From the IMG/VR virus record IMGVR_UViG_3300025012_000027, positions 152,116 through 216,115 of that record: a stretch of DNA of 64,000 bases; one strand, written 5' to 3'. The notes under the pieces are model-generated. The model was not told the DNA's origin. It was given only the letters and a program-made list of their open reading frames with translations, and did not search any database. The position numbers were made by a program, and so were the translations under genes. This document shows positions 1 to 8,921 of the stretch, piece after piece (the first letter of the stretch is position 1; every line of letters begins with the position of its first letter).

Positions 1-486
1 AACCGCATTCTTAGTACAGTCTTCTTGACGCCATAGAACCGCATTGTATGCTTCAGTTAGTGTAGGAACTACAAACGACCGACAATCAAAACATGGAAAT
101 TCGTTGATCTTTTCTGGAAGATATTCTGCCAATTTTTTGTTAAAATATGCCGCGGCAAATGATGCTAGCACAGAATCTAACTTTTGAAAGCGACCGCCGA
201 ATGGATACTCGGTCATACTATCAGTAGTTGTATACCACACGAGAGTAATTTCATCCGACTGCACATAACCAACAAGTGCGCCAAAACGATCCACTAACTC
301 ACGCATAGTATCTCGCATGAGTTGGGATAGTCGCATATCAAAAGGACGCTTTAATCCCTTAGTAAAAGAGTGGAACGATTTGCCATCGAGCCGAGCAATA
401 AGTGGCTGGCCCTTGAACGCTACTCTGGAAGTAGAAGGAGATTCGTATTGTTTCATACGATCCCCAAAAGATGTCTTATCTGTCAT
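1..486 (-). CDS. thg1: tRNA(His) guanylyltransferase Thg1-like protein (3' end runs off the window)
   Basis: Manual translation MTDKTSFGDRMKQYE...IARLDGKSFHSFTKGLKRPFD...GYVQSDEITL matches Thg1 motifs (RLDGxxFH, YxQSDEI); absent from the ORF track. Confidence 0.9.
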   Translation of the reverse strand, partial: MTDKTSFGDRMKQYESPSTSRVAFKGQPLIARLDGKSFHSFTKGLKRPFDMRLSQLMRDTMRELVDRFGALVGYVQSDEITLVWYTTTDSMTEYPFGGRFQKLDSVLASFAAAYFNKKLAEYLPEKINEFPCFDCRSFVVPTLTEAYNAVLWRQEDCTKNAV

Positions 487-533
487 GCTATTGTCCTTTC
501 AAAACATTGTGTTTGACTCGCTCATCACGAGTA

Positions 534-1166
534 TTATTTGGCGACTACCTTATCATATTCAGCGATGCCCCATGCCAAAGCATAGCAACACCAAATAAAG
601 TAATGTGTATATTCTTCAGTGTCAATCTCATAGAAGTCTTCGAATGGGCGGTTACTATAAATTTCACAATCCATTGCCGATCGGTAAGCGTGTTCTTTGC
701 CGCCGTCTTCCAAGCAATCGAGTACATCATTCTCAAGAATTTTAAACGCTTTCAACTTGTCTTCTACAGAAAAATTCTCGCCATCGGCCCATTCGTTAAA
801 TTGTTCAATCAGCCGTTTCTTAAACTTCGCAACGCTCCATTCTTTGAAGCCGTCACCACGGTCAACCGCTTCTAACTTTTCACCCCAATACCCAGGGTCG
901 ATATCCAAAGTTAAATTGTTTGCCTTTGCGTAAGAGCTCATTCGATCAGTTCTGAAGAACTCGAACATATCATTGAGCCGGCGGAACACGTATGTTCCCA
1001 TATCGCCAGTATAACACAAATATCCAGGCCAGGTGATCAAGTCAAAGTGCATGCACATAGTTCCAGGACGCTTGAACCGAATGTGTCGAAACAACCCATC
1101 GTCTCGAATTACTTCGACGACATGAGTTGAAACGTCTTTGAGAAACTCTGCTTCAGTGATTGTCAT
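534..1166 (-). CDS. conserved phage hypothetical protein
   Basis: 210-aa ORF co-oriented with neighbours. Confidence 0.75.
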   Translation of the reverse strand: MTITEAEFLKDVSTHVVEVIRDDGLFRHIRFKRPGTMCMHFDLITWPGYLCYTGDMGTYVFRRLNDMFEFFRTDRMSSYAKANNLTLDIDPGYWGEKLEAVDRGDGFKEWSVAKFKKRLIEQFNEWADGENFSVEDKLKAFKILENDVLDCLEDGGKEHAYRSAMDCEIYSNRPFEDFYEIDTEEYTHYFIWCCYALAWGIAEYDKVVAK

Positions 1167-1178
1167 AATATAAATGAG

Positions 1179-1255
1179 TGGCCTGCCCGGAGGGACTCGA
1201 ACCCCCGACCCACAGATTAGAAATCTGTTGCTCTATCCGACTGAGCCACGGGCAG
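1179..1255 (-). tRNA. tRNA-Arg(TCT)
   Basis: Cloverleaf; anticodon arm ACAGA-TTTCTAA-TCTGT; encoded CCA. Confidence 0.92.
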
Positions 1256-1260
1256 GTAAA

Positions 1261-1935
1261 TTACCATAATAAATCGAAATTACCTTTTAGAACAGTGTTA
1301 CATGATGCATCCTTGTTTGTGCGGTGATCAGAAACCCTATTGTCCTGGAGCCTGTACGTGCGAATTTTATCGCCCCTCATTCCAGACCCAACTTGGTTCT
1401 TTCTATAATGTGCTAAGTCGTTATTATACACGGTTTTCGCTGATGCATCAACTCTTTTAGTAATATCTTTTAGAGCTAAGTCGTAACTAGTTATACGACT
1501 TCGAGTTTGAGCTGTTGCTACAACCCCGGTTGGAATATGCGTTAGTCGGCACGAACATTTCACTTTATTACGATTTTGCCCACCAGCGCCCGTGCCACTA
1601 TACCATTCTATCCGAAGATCCTTTTCGGGTATATTAGCAGTGGTTATCTCGACATCTTTGTCTATGATAGCAACGGTCACCGTGCTAGTGTGGACCCTAC
1701 CTTTGCGCTCTGTAGGAGGCACTCGTTGAATCCTGTGCCCACCAGCTTCATTGGCCAATCCCGAAAGATCCGAACCTTCCAGGAGAATCTCATACCCTCC
1801 TGGAAATTCATCTTCCGCTAGAATGATTCAGCCGACCCTAGCCGCGTGTTTCTTATACGCCGTAGCTAGGTCCTTAACAAACAACTTACTGTCATCCCCG
1901 CCTTCAGCGGAGCGTATCTCTATCATGCGTTTCAT
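1261..1935 (-). CDS. class I release factor-like protein (RF1-type PxT and GGQ motifs, no N-terminal domain 1) with in-frame TGA at 1828-1830
   Basis: AGGAGA SD, then MKRMIEIRSAEGGDDSKLF...HAARVG*IILAE...GGHRIQRVPPTERKGRVHTST...GAGGQNRNK, all in one frame. Confidence 0.85.
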
Positions 1936-2037
1936 ATCTTCTCCTAATGTAATCCCATACAATTCCCACATAACCTTCGATCGCTTATAAAACGTGTCGA
2001 AGATTATCCGTATCACTATAACCCGAATTTCATATTG

Positions 2038-4581
2038 TCAACCACATTTACTAGATCCGCAAGAGAGACAAATCTTACATCCTTCTTGGAATACGACTTT
2101 ATCAGAGCCACATTCCAAACATACTTCTCCTTCAACCTTTTCTCCATCCTTAATAAAAGATCCTAGGAACTTCTTAATTTGAAAGATGAAGGTTCCAACA
2201 AACGCATTATCGACACGATCAAGAACAGCGACAATATTCTTGATCAATACACCGTGACGCAACAACAACGAAATAATACGAGTAATTTTGGTGGTGTTTG
2301 CATCAGTAGCAACTTTGCTTGTCACATCAGCAATAAATGCTTCTGGGATTCCTTTATCCTTAGCAAGATTCACCAATCTATCAAACGCATCAGTAGTGGT
2401 AACAGTCTTCTCATGATGATTGGTGTGAACAAACAGTGCTTGAGGGCGAGTCTTGGTCTCATTCCAAACAACTGTCAAATACCACTTGCGCCCTTCTGCT
2501 CTCAACACCTTCATTGATGCCTCGGCTGAGTTTGGCATCTTAACAGTATCTAAAATCACCTCTTCATCATATCCGTTTGTCGTGTTTTCTTTAGATGACA
2601 ATACAGCAGTCATTGTACCCGCTCGATACGTCGTTACCCCCTTAACAACACCTGAGTGGTATGCGGACATATAGATGTTCTTAAAATCTTCGAATGCATA
2701 TTCATTAGGTACATTGATGGTCTTTGACATTGCGGCATCTACCCAATGAGCAAACCCAATCAAGTCATTCAGATGATCCTCGGCAGTCAATCCAGTCAAT
2801 GCAGTGATAGCCCAGTCAGCCCCCTCTTCCCATAACCCGCGTTCGTGCAACCATCTATATCCATAATCCTGGCACACCACTTCTTTAGTCAGCCCACGAT
2901 TCTTATCAATCTTATATGTAGTTCCGTTGAAGGAGCCTTTAAGAATCTCTTCATCGCCTTCTTTAGCAAATTTAAAGACCTCAGTTTCTTCCCAAGCACC
3001 CTCGTACCATTTTGGCACTACTGCTATCATATCATCAGGAACGCTGTTAACGATGACAGTTCGAACGTATTCAGGCATAAAGATTGGCTCCAAACCACCG
3101 GATACAACGTTCGCGCAAATCCCAGTGTTACCTGTTGGTTGAATTGACAGCAATGAACTATTGCGAATGCCGGTAGTTCGTAACTTCTCCATATAAGAAT
3201 CCGATAGGCCAATCATATTAACGAACTTACCATCGGCATGCTTGACAGGATCGCAGTAAGTAAACATGCCGCGTTCAATAGCCAAATCAATAGACGCTTC
3301 GTATGCGGATCGCGCGATTGTGCTCATGACTTGATCGCGTAGTTCGGCTGCTTGATCTGATGCGAATCTAGTTTTTAGCATGAACAATGCAGATCCCCAA
3401 CCCAAAATGCCGATGCCAATACGACGCTTGTTTCGCATAGAATCAACATATTCTGGCAATGGAGCGTCTGAGTATTCATTGACATTGTCCAAAAACCTAA
3501 CCATATATTTGGTGTATTTGGAGATCTTATCAAGATCAAATGCATTATTATCAGAAACAAATTGTGTTAGATTAAGAGATCCGAGACAGCAAACTCCTCC
3601 TGGGGCGAGTGTCTGTTCCCCGCATGGGTTTGTAGCAGCAATAGTCTCACCGTAGTAGAATGGATTGAATTCATTTGCTCGATCCAAAAACAACACGCCA
3701 GGCTCTGCTCTATTGTATGTGGATTCCATGACCAGATTCCACAGCCATTGAACTGAAATAGTTTGGTAATCGACTACTGGTAGTCCCAGTCGTTTCCAAT
3801 CTGCCAAGTTACCATTCCATTTGTCGGCGTATTCTGGATGGGTTGTATCTGGAAACACCAGTGTCCATTGATCCAGTTTTGCAATCTCGTCAGCATCTGC
3901 TTTCTTATCCATAGAATTAATAGCATCTAGCCTATCCATGAACTCAGTGGTGAAGTTTACCGAGAGATTGAATTTCGTGAGTCTACCAGCACTCTGTTTA
4001 GCAGTAATGAACTCAACGATATCCGGATGCCATACATCCAACACCCCCATCATAGCGCCCTTGCGGATCTTACCTTTTGTTTTCTTATGCTTGCTCTTTT
4101 TTCCAGATCCTGCAGTGACAATCTCAGAGGCTTTGTCATACAGTTCCATGAACTTAATCGCTCCGGGGGTCTCTACGCCAACACCATGAATGAATGTTCC
4201 ACGAGGACGAATCCAACTAAAATTCTGCCCCCACCCACCTTCAGATTTTAAGGTGAATGCTTGTTTCTTCAAATCATTGATGATATCGTCTAACGAGTCG
4301 ATATTATATGATGATCTAGGAGAAACGAAACAGTTCAATAATGTAGTACCATTCCAACTAGTTCCAGCATTTGCATATGTTCTACCACCGCAAGTTCCTT
4401 TGAAATCCGTTAATAGATCATAGAATCTAGATTCCCATGTTTCTATATCTTGGGGAGTTTTCTCAACTGATGCGATAGCTTTTGCTACCCTATGCAATGT
4501 ATCGTTTACTGAAGTATCTGTGTGATCTTTATAAGTTTGGGCCCAAACTTCTTCAGCAAACGAGTCAATAAAAGCGGTCAT
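2038..4581 (-). CDS. nrdJ: class II (B12-dependent) ribonucleotide reductase with C-terminal Zn ribbon
   Basis: TNPCGEQ active site, IQPTG motif, C-terminal CxxC...CxxCGxSKC; no beta subunit adjacent. Confidence 0.88.
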   Translation of the reverse strand: MTAFIDSFAEEVWAQTYKDHTDTSVNDTLHRVAKAIASVEKTPQDIETWESRFYDLLTDFKGTCGGRTYANAGTSWNGTTLLNCFVSPRSSYNIDSLDDIINDLKKQAFTLKSEGGWGQNFSWIRPRGTFIHGVGVETPGAIKFMELYDKASEIVTAGSGKKSKHKKTKGKIRKGAMMGVLDVWHPDIVEFITAKQSAGRLTKFNLSVNFTTEFMDRLDAINSMDKKADADEIAKLDQWTLVFPDTTHPEYADKWNGNLADWKRLGLPVVDYQTISVQWLWNLVMESTYNRAEPGVLFLDRANEFNPFYYGETIAATNPCGEQTLAPGGVCCLGSLNLTQFVSDNNAFDLDKISKYTKYMVRFLDNVNEYSDAPLPEYVDSMRNKRRIGIGILGWGSALFMLKTRFASDQAAELRDQVMSTIARSAYEASIDLAIERGMFTYCDPVKHADGKFVNMIGLSDSYMEKLRTTGIRNSSLLSIQPTGNTGICANVVSGGLEPIFMPEYVRTVIVNSVPDDMIAVVPKWYEGAWEETEVFKFAKEGDEEILKGSFNGTTYKIDKNRGLTKEVVCQDYGYRWLHERGLWEEGADWAITALTGLTAEDHLNDLIGFAHWVDAAMSKTINVPNEYAFEDFKNIYMSAYHSGVVKGVTTYRAGTMTAVLSSKENTTNGYDEEVILDTVKMPNSAEASMKVLRAEGRKWYLTVVWNETKTRPQALFVHTNHHEKTVTTTDAFDRLVNLAKDKGIPEAFIADVTSKVATDANTTKITRIISLLLRHGVLIKNIVAVLDRVDNAFVGTFIFQIKKFLGSFIKDGEKVEGEVCLECGSDKVVFQEGCKICLSCGSSKCG

Positions 4582-4663
4582 GAATTTCCTTTTTCTGTTA
4601 TACAATCATTATGAAGCACAGCAATTGCTGCTGAGCGTTTTCGTTGTTTATTTATGCCCTGAC

Positions 4664-5035
4664 CTAGGCGGTAATCTTGAACATGTCCGGTCGCTCTGAG
4701 CACCAACCGTTGCTACGTCCAAACCATCTAACATGTACGATTCCTTTAAGCGTTGCAAATTTATAGAACGTCCAAGAATGAGAATGGGTGTCATCTTGAT
4801 CGATCTCTCGAGGTTCTTTACCCACGGATTCTTCGGCAACGATGATTGGAGATCCCATTAAATCGGATAGATTTCCATGAATGAGTTCTATGTAAACTCG
4901 TTCGTCATCATCTTGATCATGATATAGTTGGTAGATTTGGTGATCCGTTGTCTTAAATCTAATTGCAGCAGCGTCGAAAGCCAGCACCGACGTCATAGTC
5001 TTTCCGACCAATTCGCTTATGGCACACAATTCCAT
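4664..5035 (-). CDS. conserved phage hypothetical protein
   Basis: 123-aa ORF with SWTFYKFAT...RWFGRSNG motif. Confidence 0.7.
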   Translation of the reverse strand: MELCAISELVGKTMTSVLAFDAAAIRFKTTDHQIYQLYHDQDDDERVYIELIHGNLSDLMGSPIIVAEESVGKEPREIDQDDTHSHSWTFYKFATLKGIVHVRWFGRSNGWCSERPDMFKITA

Positions 5036-5043
5036 AGTAACTC

Positions 5044-5526
5044 CTATGCGGCCTTTTGACCATCCAACACAAACTTCATTCTGTCTGCAGCATATGATGC
5101 CGCAAATGCCTTTGGCTTAATCATAGGAACAACGTTGCAAGTTCCTTTTATGTACCCGATCGCTTGTTGCACAACACAGTTAGATCCATGCATATCACTG
5201 GCGTTAAGATCCAAGTGAATCTCCACATGACGATCTTCTAACACATCAGCCAATTCATGGAACAGTGCGGATACTTTCACGACTTCTTGCATCAATCGCA
5301 TTGCGGGTTTACTTTTCTTCTGGTCGTAGTCTCGTTCACGTTCAACCGATCCGAAAATCTTGCAGCCATGATTTCCGTCGATATGCACGACTACGGCTAA
5401 CGTATAGTCTGCATACCAAGTTCCTGCGATGTTTAGCCGCTCACTATCAGCCCCTAGGTACACTTTAGTGCCTTCGCTTTGAGCCAATATAAATTCTTTA
5501 ACCGCCGCAATGTCTAGTTTACGCAT
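5044..5526 (-). CDS. RNase H-like YkuK family protein
   Basis: YLGADS, EIHLDLN and AASYAAD motifs. Confidence 0.8.
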   Translation of the reverse strand: MRKLDIAAVKEFILAQSEGTKVYLGADSERLNIAGTWYADYTLAVVVHIDGNHGCKIFGSVERERDYDQKKSKPAMRLMQEVVKVSALFHELADVLEDRHVEIHLDLNASDMHGSNCVVQQAIGYIKGTCNVVPMIKPKAFAASYAADRMKFVLDGQKAA

Positions 5527-5542
5527 AACAACCTTTGATGAA

Positions 5543-5619
5543 TGGCGCGCCCGGAGGGATTTGAACCCCCACCCCCTAAGTTCGAAGCCTAGGACATTAT
5601 CCAGTTGTGCTACGAGCGC
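5543..5619 (-). tRNA. tRNA-Arg(TCG)
   Basis: CTAGG-CTTCGAA-CTTAG anticodon arm; CCA. Confidence 0.9.
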
Positions 5620-5630
5620 TTTTAATTTTC

Positions 5631-6005
5631 CTATGATCTAAGCCTTGCTAAGATTTCTTCTTCCGTATAATTGGTAAGTCCATATTTGCTAGCTATAGCA
5701 ACCGCCATCCAAGTGTATGACAATTCTGGGGTTTCATAGTATTGTGCTTGTACTTTATACGCCTCAACCTCGGATCGTAGTTTATACGATTCAAAAAGCA
5801 GCTTCCACAGGCCATGAGTGGCAAACGTGCGATACCACTGCTTTACATGAGTGAGTTCGTGCTGCAGAATACCCGCATCAACATCTTTGTATCTTGGGCG
5901 AATTCTAATTATGGGGCCATTAGTTGACCCGCCTACCAATTCTTTGAGGCTGTCTGTGTAGAATACAAGCGCCGGCAAAATGCCGTATACGAACATTAGT
6001 TTCAT
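5631..6005 (-). CDS. HExxH zinc metallopeptidase-like protein
   Basis: LQHELTHVKQW motif; start moved to MKLMF after AAGGA SD because the longer ORF overlaps a tRNA. Confidence 0.65.
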   Translation of the reverse strand: MKLMFVYGILPALVFYTDSLKELVGGSTNGPIIRIRPRYKDVDAGILQHELTHVKQWYRTFATHGLWKLLFESYKLRSEVEAYKVQAQYYETPELSYTWMAVAIASKYGLTNYTEEEILARLRS

Positions 6006-6019
6006 GATATTCCTTTGGG

Positions 6020-6095
6020 TGGTGGTAATGGTAAGATTCGAACTTACGGTAGGCGCCGTATGAAGACGCTGCATTGGCCTCTTTGCTACACTACC
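6020..6095 (-). tRNA. tRNA-Met/Ile2(CAT)
   Basis: GCGTC-TTCATAC-GGCGC arm; CCA. Confidence 0.85.
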
Positions 6096-6109
6096 AATAT
6101 TTAATATCA

Positions 6110-6184
6110 ACCTCATTGCAAGTAGGAGTCGAACCTACATCGCCGCCGTGAGGCAGCATCCTATCCGTTAGAAGAGTGCGAGGT
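6110..6184 (-). ncRNA. tRNA-like element with collapsed anticodon loop (Glu-like arms, no CCA)
   Basis: D-arm TCTT-CTAACGGAT-AGGA; GCTGCC-TCAC-GGCGGC; T-arm GTAGG-TTCGACT-CCTAC. Confidence 0.55.
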
Positions 6185-6233
6185 CTTCGGGATCATGACT
6201 CCCGATTCTGGGGAAGGGTAATTACTCCTCCGT

Positions 6234-7226
6234 ACCATATTAAACCGTATTACGATCACATCCAGCTGAATTTTCGCTGATCTCATCCAGATTCATCGAG
6301 TTTCGAGTTTCGACCACACCCTGGAATCCAATACGGTTTAATATGGTGGCCGGAACCTATCCCGGCCTTAACACCCGATATTCTTTAGCGTCTCCATACG
6401 GTCTACCAGCTTTCTCGTAAAGGGCTACTGGCGGTTGTGTACTTCGTCGTCGGGACTCATAGTTTACGCTATGTTATCATCAGTTAATCCGCATAGGCAT
6501 TGCGGTGTACCATATAGAAACATACTAAAGCAGGCTTTCAACGTGTTTGGCTTCTCTGGTCTGCTTCGCCTCCAACATGGCTAATATGTTTCTATATGGT
6601 CTGTAGATGGTGTGTTGTTACACTAAATCGAACTTCAGCCTTACCGTTTCCGGGGTGCCTCTGTACTTAACCTGGTGGCTCACGTGAGATTCGTATACTC
6701 TAGAGCCTTATGCTCTATTTTCTACGTTCGATACCTTACAATGCCCTTCTACTCAGTATCTACACACTCAACGTGCCTTTGTCGAACTCTTTAAAGGATG
6801 GCTACTTCTAAGCCCACCTTCCGTCTACAAAACCATATTTTAACTGACTAATATTTCTGTATGTTGACGCATACAGGTTTCGCAGCCCGTCAAAGCCACC
6901 GAAAATCACCCGACTCGCTGGTCGAAATGACCCCCGTCAATCAGTTAAAATATGGTGGGTCTGTTTCTCAGCCAACCCGTTCAACTGTCTCTACAGTTGC
7001 TATAGCATATAGTTAAACATCTTTTCTGATGATCTGGATTGTGTCCAGGTACTATATTTTAATACTTTCGAGATCCCAGTCCCAATTGGCATATGACCTC
7101 CAACTAACCCTGTTCCTACTGATACTTCGGGACCCACGCCATGATACGCGCCTTTGCCCTTAGTAGATCTTAAACTCCCCAACGTATGCATCCTCAGTTC
7201 GTCTAATGAAAGTATTAAAATATAGT
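6234..7226 (-). repeat. array of four 16-19 bp inverted-repeat stems (AC[CT]ATAT...ATAT[GA]GT) enclosing and separating structured RNAs
   Basis: Perfect stems bounding 6234-6347, 6509-6600, 6832-6956 and 7051-7226. Confidence 0.85.
6601..6830 (-). ncRNA. ncRNA containing a 23S rRNA GTPase-associated-centre (H43/H44) mimic
   Basis: GGAAGGTGGGCTTAGAAGTAGCCATCCTTTAAAGAG...GTGTAACAACACACC, closed by GTAGACGG/CCATCTAC. Confidence 0.8.
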
Positions 7227-7283
7227 TTGTTTCTTGCTATGTGTTATTGTAACACAGTTTTAGCAAGAAACAACTAATTATTT

Positions 7284-7748
7284 TCATTGTGTATCTAAAA
7301 CAACAGTATCTCTAACATTCATCAGACACTTGCCTAGATTGTTCTGACCAACATCGTTACAAACGCCCCAAAACGTGTCGTGCCACCAATTCGTTTCTTC
7401 AATGTACTTAGTCCCAGTGGACTTCAACAATGCCATTAGAGATTCGTTTTGCTCGAACTTGGCGTATAATACTTGCTGCATCTTATCAACGCGAACATAG
7501 TTCCAATCAGACCTAAGAGTGACCAGTTGTCCAAACTTCTTTGCGGCCGGACCATCCATCGCGGTCAACATAAGCTTTTCACAGATGTCAAACGTTTTGC
7601 AAGACATATATGCACCTTCTGAGCACCGATACACTCTACCTTCGAAAGTAAAGTCTTCCAAATGGAAGTTTGATAGTGGGCGATATTTTCCAAACAACCC
7701 ATAGATATGAGTGTCAGTTTCTCGAGTGTCTACAATAGCTGGTTTCAT
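7284..7748 (-). CDS. NADAR family protein
   Basis: LSNFH, SEGAYMSCK, AKFEQN, DTFWG and GQNNLGKCLM motifs. Confidence 0.9.
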   Translation of the reverse strand: MKPAIVDTRETDTHIYGLFGKYRPLSNFHLEDFTFEGRVYRCSEGAYMSCKTFDICEKLMLTAMDGPAAKKFGQLVTLRSDWNYVRVDKMQQVLYAKFEQNESLMALLKSTGTKYIEETNWWHDTFWGVCNDVGQNNLGKCLMNVRDTVVLDTQ

Positions 7749-8086
7749 AATAAATCCGTTGTAGCGTGGCGTTTAGCTGCTTCATCTAATCTCCATTCCC
7801 AAGCAGTTACAGGGTCGCCTAATTGCCCAGTAACTCTACGCATGGCGTTCATCACAGCCGCCTGTCTAATAGTAATTTCAATTGCGCCGTTAGCAACTGC
7901 TATAGCTCTTTTTGATATAGCGATATCATAATGGCTACCACTCGTCTTTTCTGGCGATTGCCACCATTTGCGATCAACCCCTATTAGGTCAGCCATTGCA
8001 TGTAACTCTTCATCAGTATCGGCTAGCATGTGACACATCTTCATTCTACCATATGCGGCTTGCATGTTATCGACGTACACGGTCAT
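7745..8086 (-). CDS. DUF4031-like protein
   Basis: MTVYVD...CHMLAD...ELHAMA...HYDI. Confidence 0.75.
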   Translation of the reverse strand: MTVYVDNMQAAYGRMKMCHMLADTDEELHAMADLIGVDRKWWQSPEKTSGSHYDIAISKRAIAVANGAIEITIRQAAVMNAMRRVTGQLGDPVTAWEWRLDEAAKRHATTDLL

Positions 8087-8100
8087 AAAAGTCCTAATAT

Positions 8101-8174
8101 TGGTGCGACTGGAGAGAATCGAACTCTCGTAAACCGGGTAAAAGCCGGCTATTCTGACATTGAATTACAATCGC
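8101..8174 (-). tRNA. tRNA-Lys(TTT)
   Basis: GCCGG-CTTTTAC-CCGGT arm; CCA. Confidence 0.9.
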
Positions 8175-8415
8175 TATCTAATGTTAATTTGTATGTTGAA
8201 TTGAGGGTGTAAAACACGATCTCGGTGTCGGACACGTGTTCGACGGATTGGACCGTGCTAGTAGCGATCATCCGCCCTACAGCCCCGGTAACAATTGGGT
8301 TACTGTGCATAACGAACGATTCACCCGGAACCGGAAACTTGTGGTATACGCCGTATACAGTGTCTGTCCGAATAGCGGAGCCGCCGGCGATCTTAGAAAG
8401 TGTTGCAGTTTTCAT
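8149..8415 (-). CDS. hypothetical protein (3' end overlaps tRNA-Lys)
   Basis: 88-aa ORF coupled to the upstream ORF; TLNSTYKL motif. Confidence 0.65.
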   Translation of the reverse strand: MKTATLSKIAGGSAIRTDTVYGVYHKFPVPGESFVMHSNPIVTGAVGRMIATSTVQSVEHVSDTEIVFYTLNSTYKLTLDSDCNSMSE

Positions 8416-8618
8416 ACTTTATAAATCTCATCATCGTGTACATATCCAGCAACTTTCACCGTTTGATCATCAACGCAGCGCAACCCAATATGTTCGCCGT
8501 CGATATCGAAGATCTTGAATGTGTGCCCTTTATAGGCATCGTAGTAAGGGAGGTAATATGCCTCAGTCCAGACTTTGCTATAGAATTTTACGGTGTCACC
8601 AATGTTAAAGTCAAACAT
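8412..8618 (-). CDS. hypothetical protein
   Basis: 68-aa ORF after AAGGA SD and TGTTATAAT promoter. Confidence 0.65.
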   Translation of the reverse strand: MFDFNIGDTVKFYSKVWTEAYYLPYYDAYKGHTFKIFDIDGEHIGLRCVDDQTVKVAGYVHDDEIYKV

Positions 8619-8842
8619 GCTAATCCTTTGTTGATAAAGGTATTATAACACCATAAACAGATAATTCGTAAGATACTTGCTAAGTTCTTAGTTCCACATG
8701 TCAGAACCGCTCGTTACTACAATGGACCATATCAGTAGCTAGCTGCTTAGTTCCATTCCTAACGTCTCACCCCGCATTTCAAAGGGTATTATATGAGTAC
8801 CGATTCTGTGTTACCAGTGACATCATAATAGTGAGATATTCT

Positions 8843-8917
8843 TGGAGTCGCATACGGGTTCCGCCCCCGTCTGGTCAGTGTGAAGGACTGATGACCTCAC
8901 TAGAAGTCTAATGCGAC
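8843..8917 (-). tRNA. tRNA-Glu(TTC), atypical (C33, T-loop GGCGGAA)
   Basis: TCAGT-CCTTCAC-ACTGA arm; CCA. Confidence 0.8.
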
Positions 8918-8921
8918 AAAT

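Noticed and set aside
6405-6445. Sarcin-ricin loop (TACGAGA) and 16S decoding-site (GTACACAACCGCC) resemblances
   Set aside because: Matches are short and the partner strands are missing; could be chance.
6438-6512. Hammerhead ribozyme (CTGATGA...GACGAAG on the minus strand)
   Set aside because: GAAG instead of GAAA, extra bases between stem I and the core, and an inserted hairpin; cannot be supported without a cleavage assay.
8760-8800. Purine riboswitch-like start ACTCATATAAT
   Set aside because: Lacks the TTTCTACC junction and P3.
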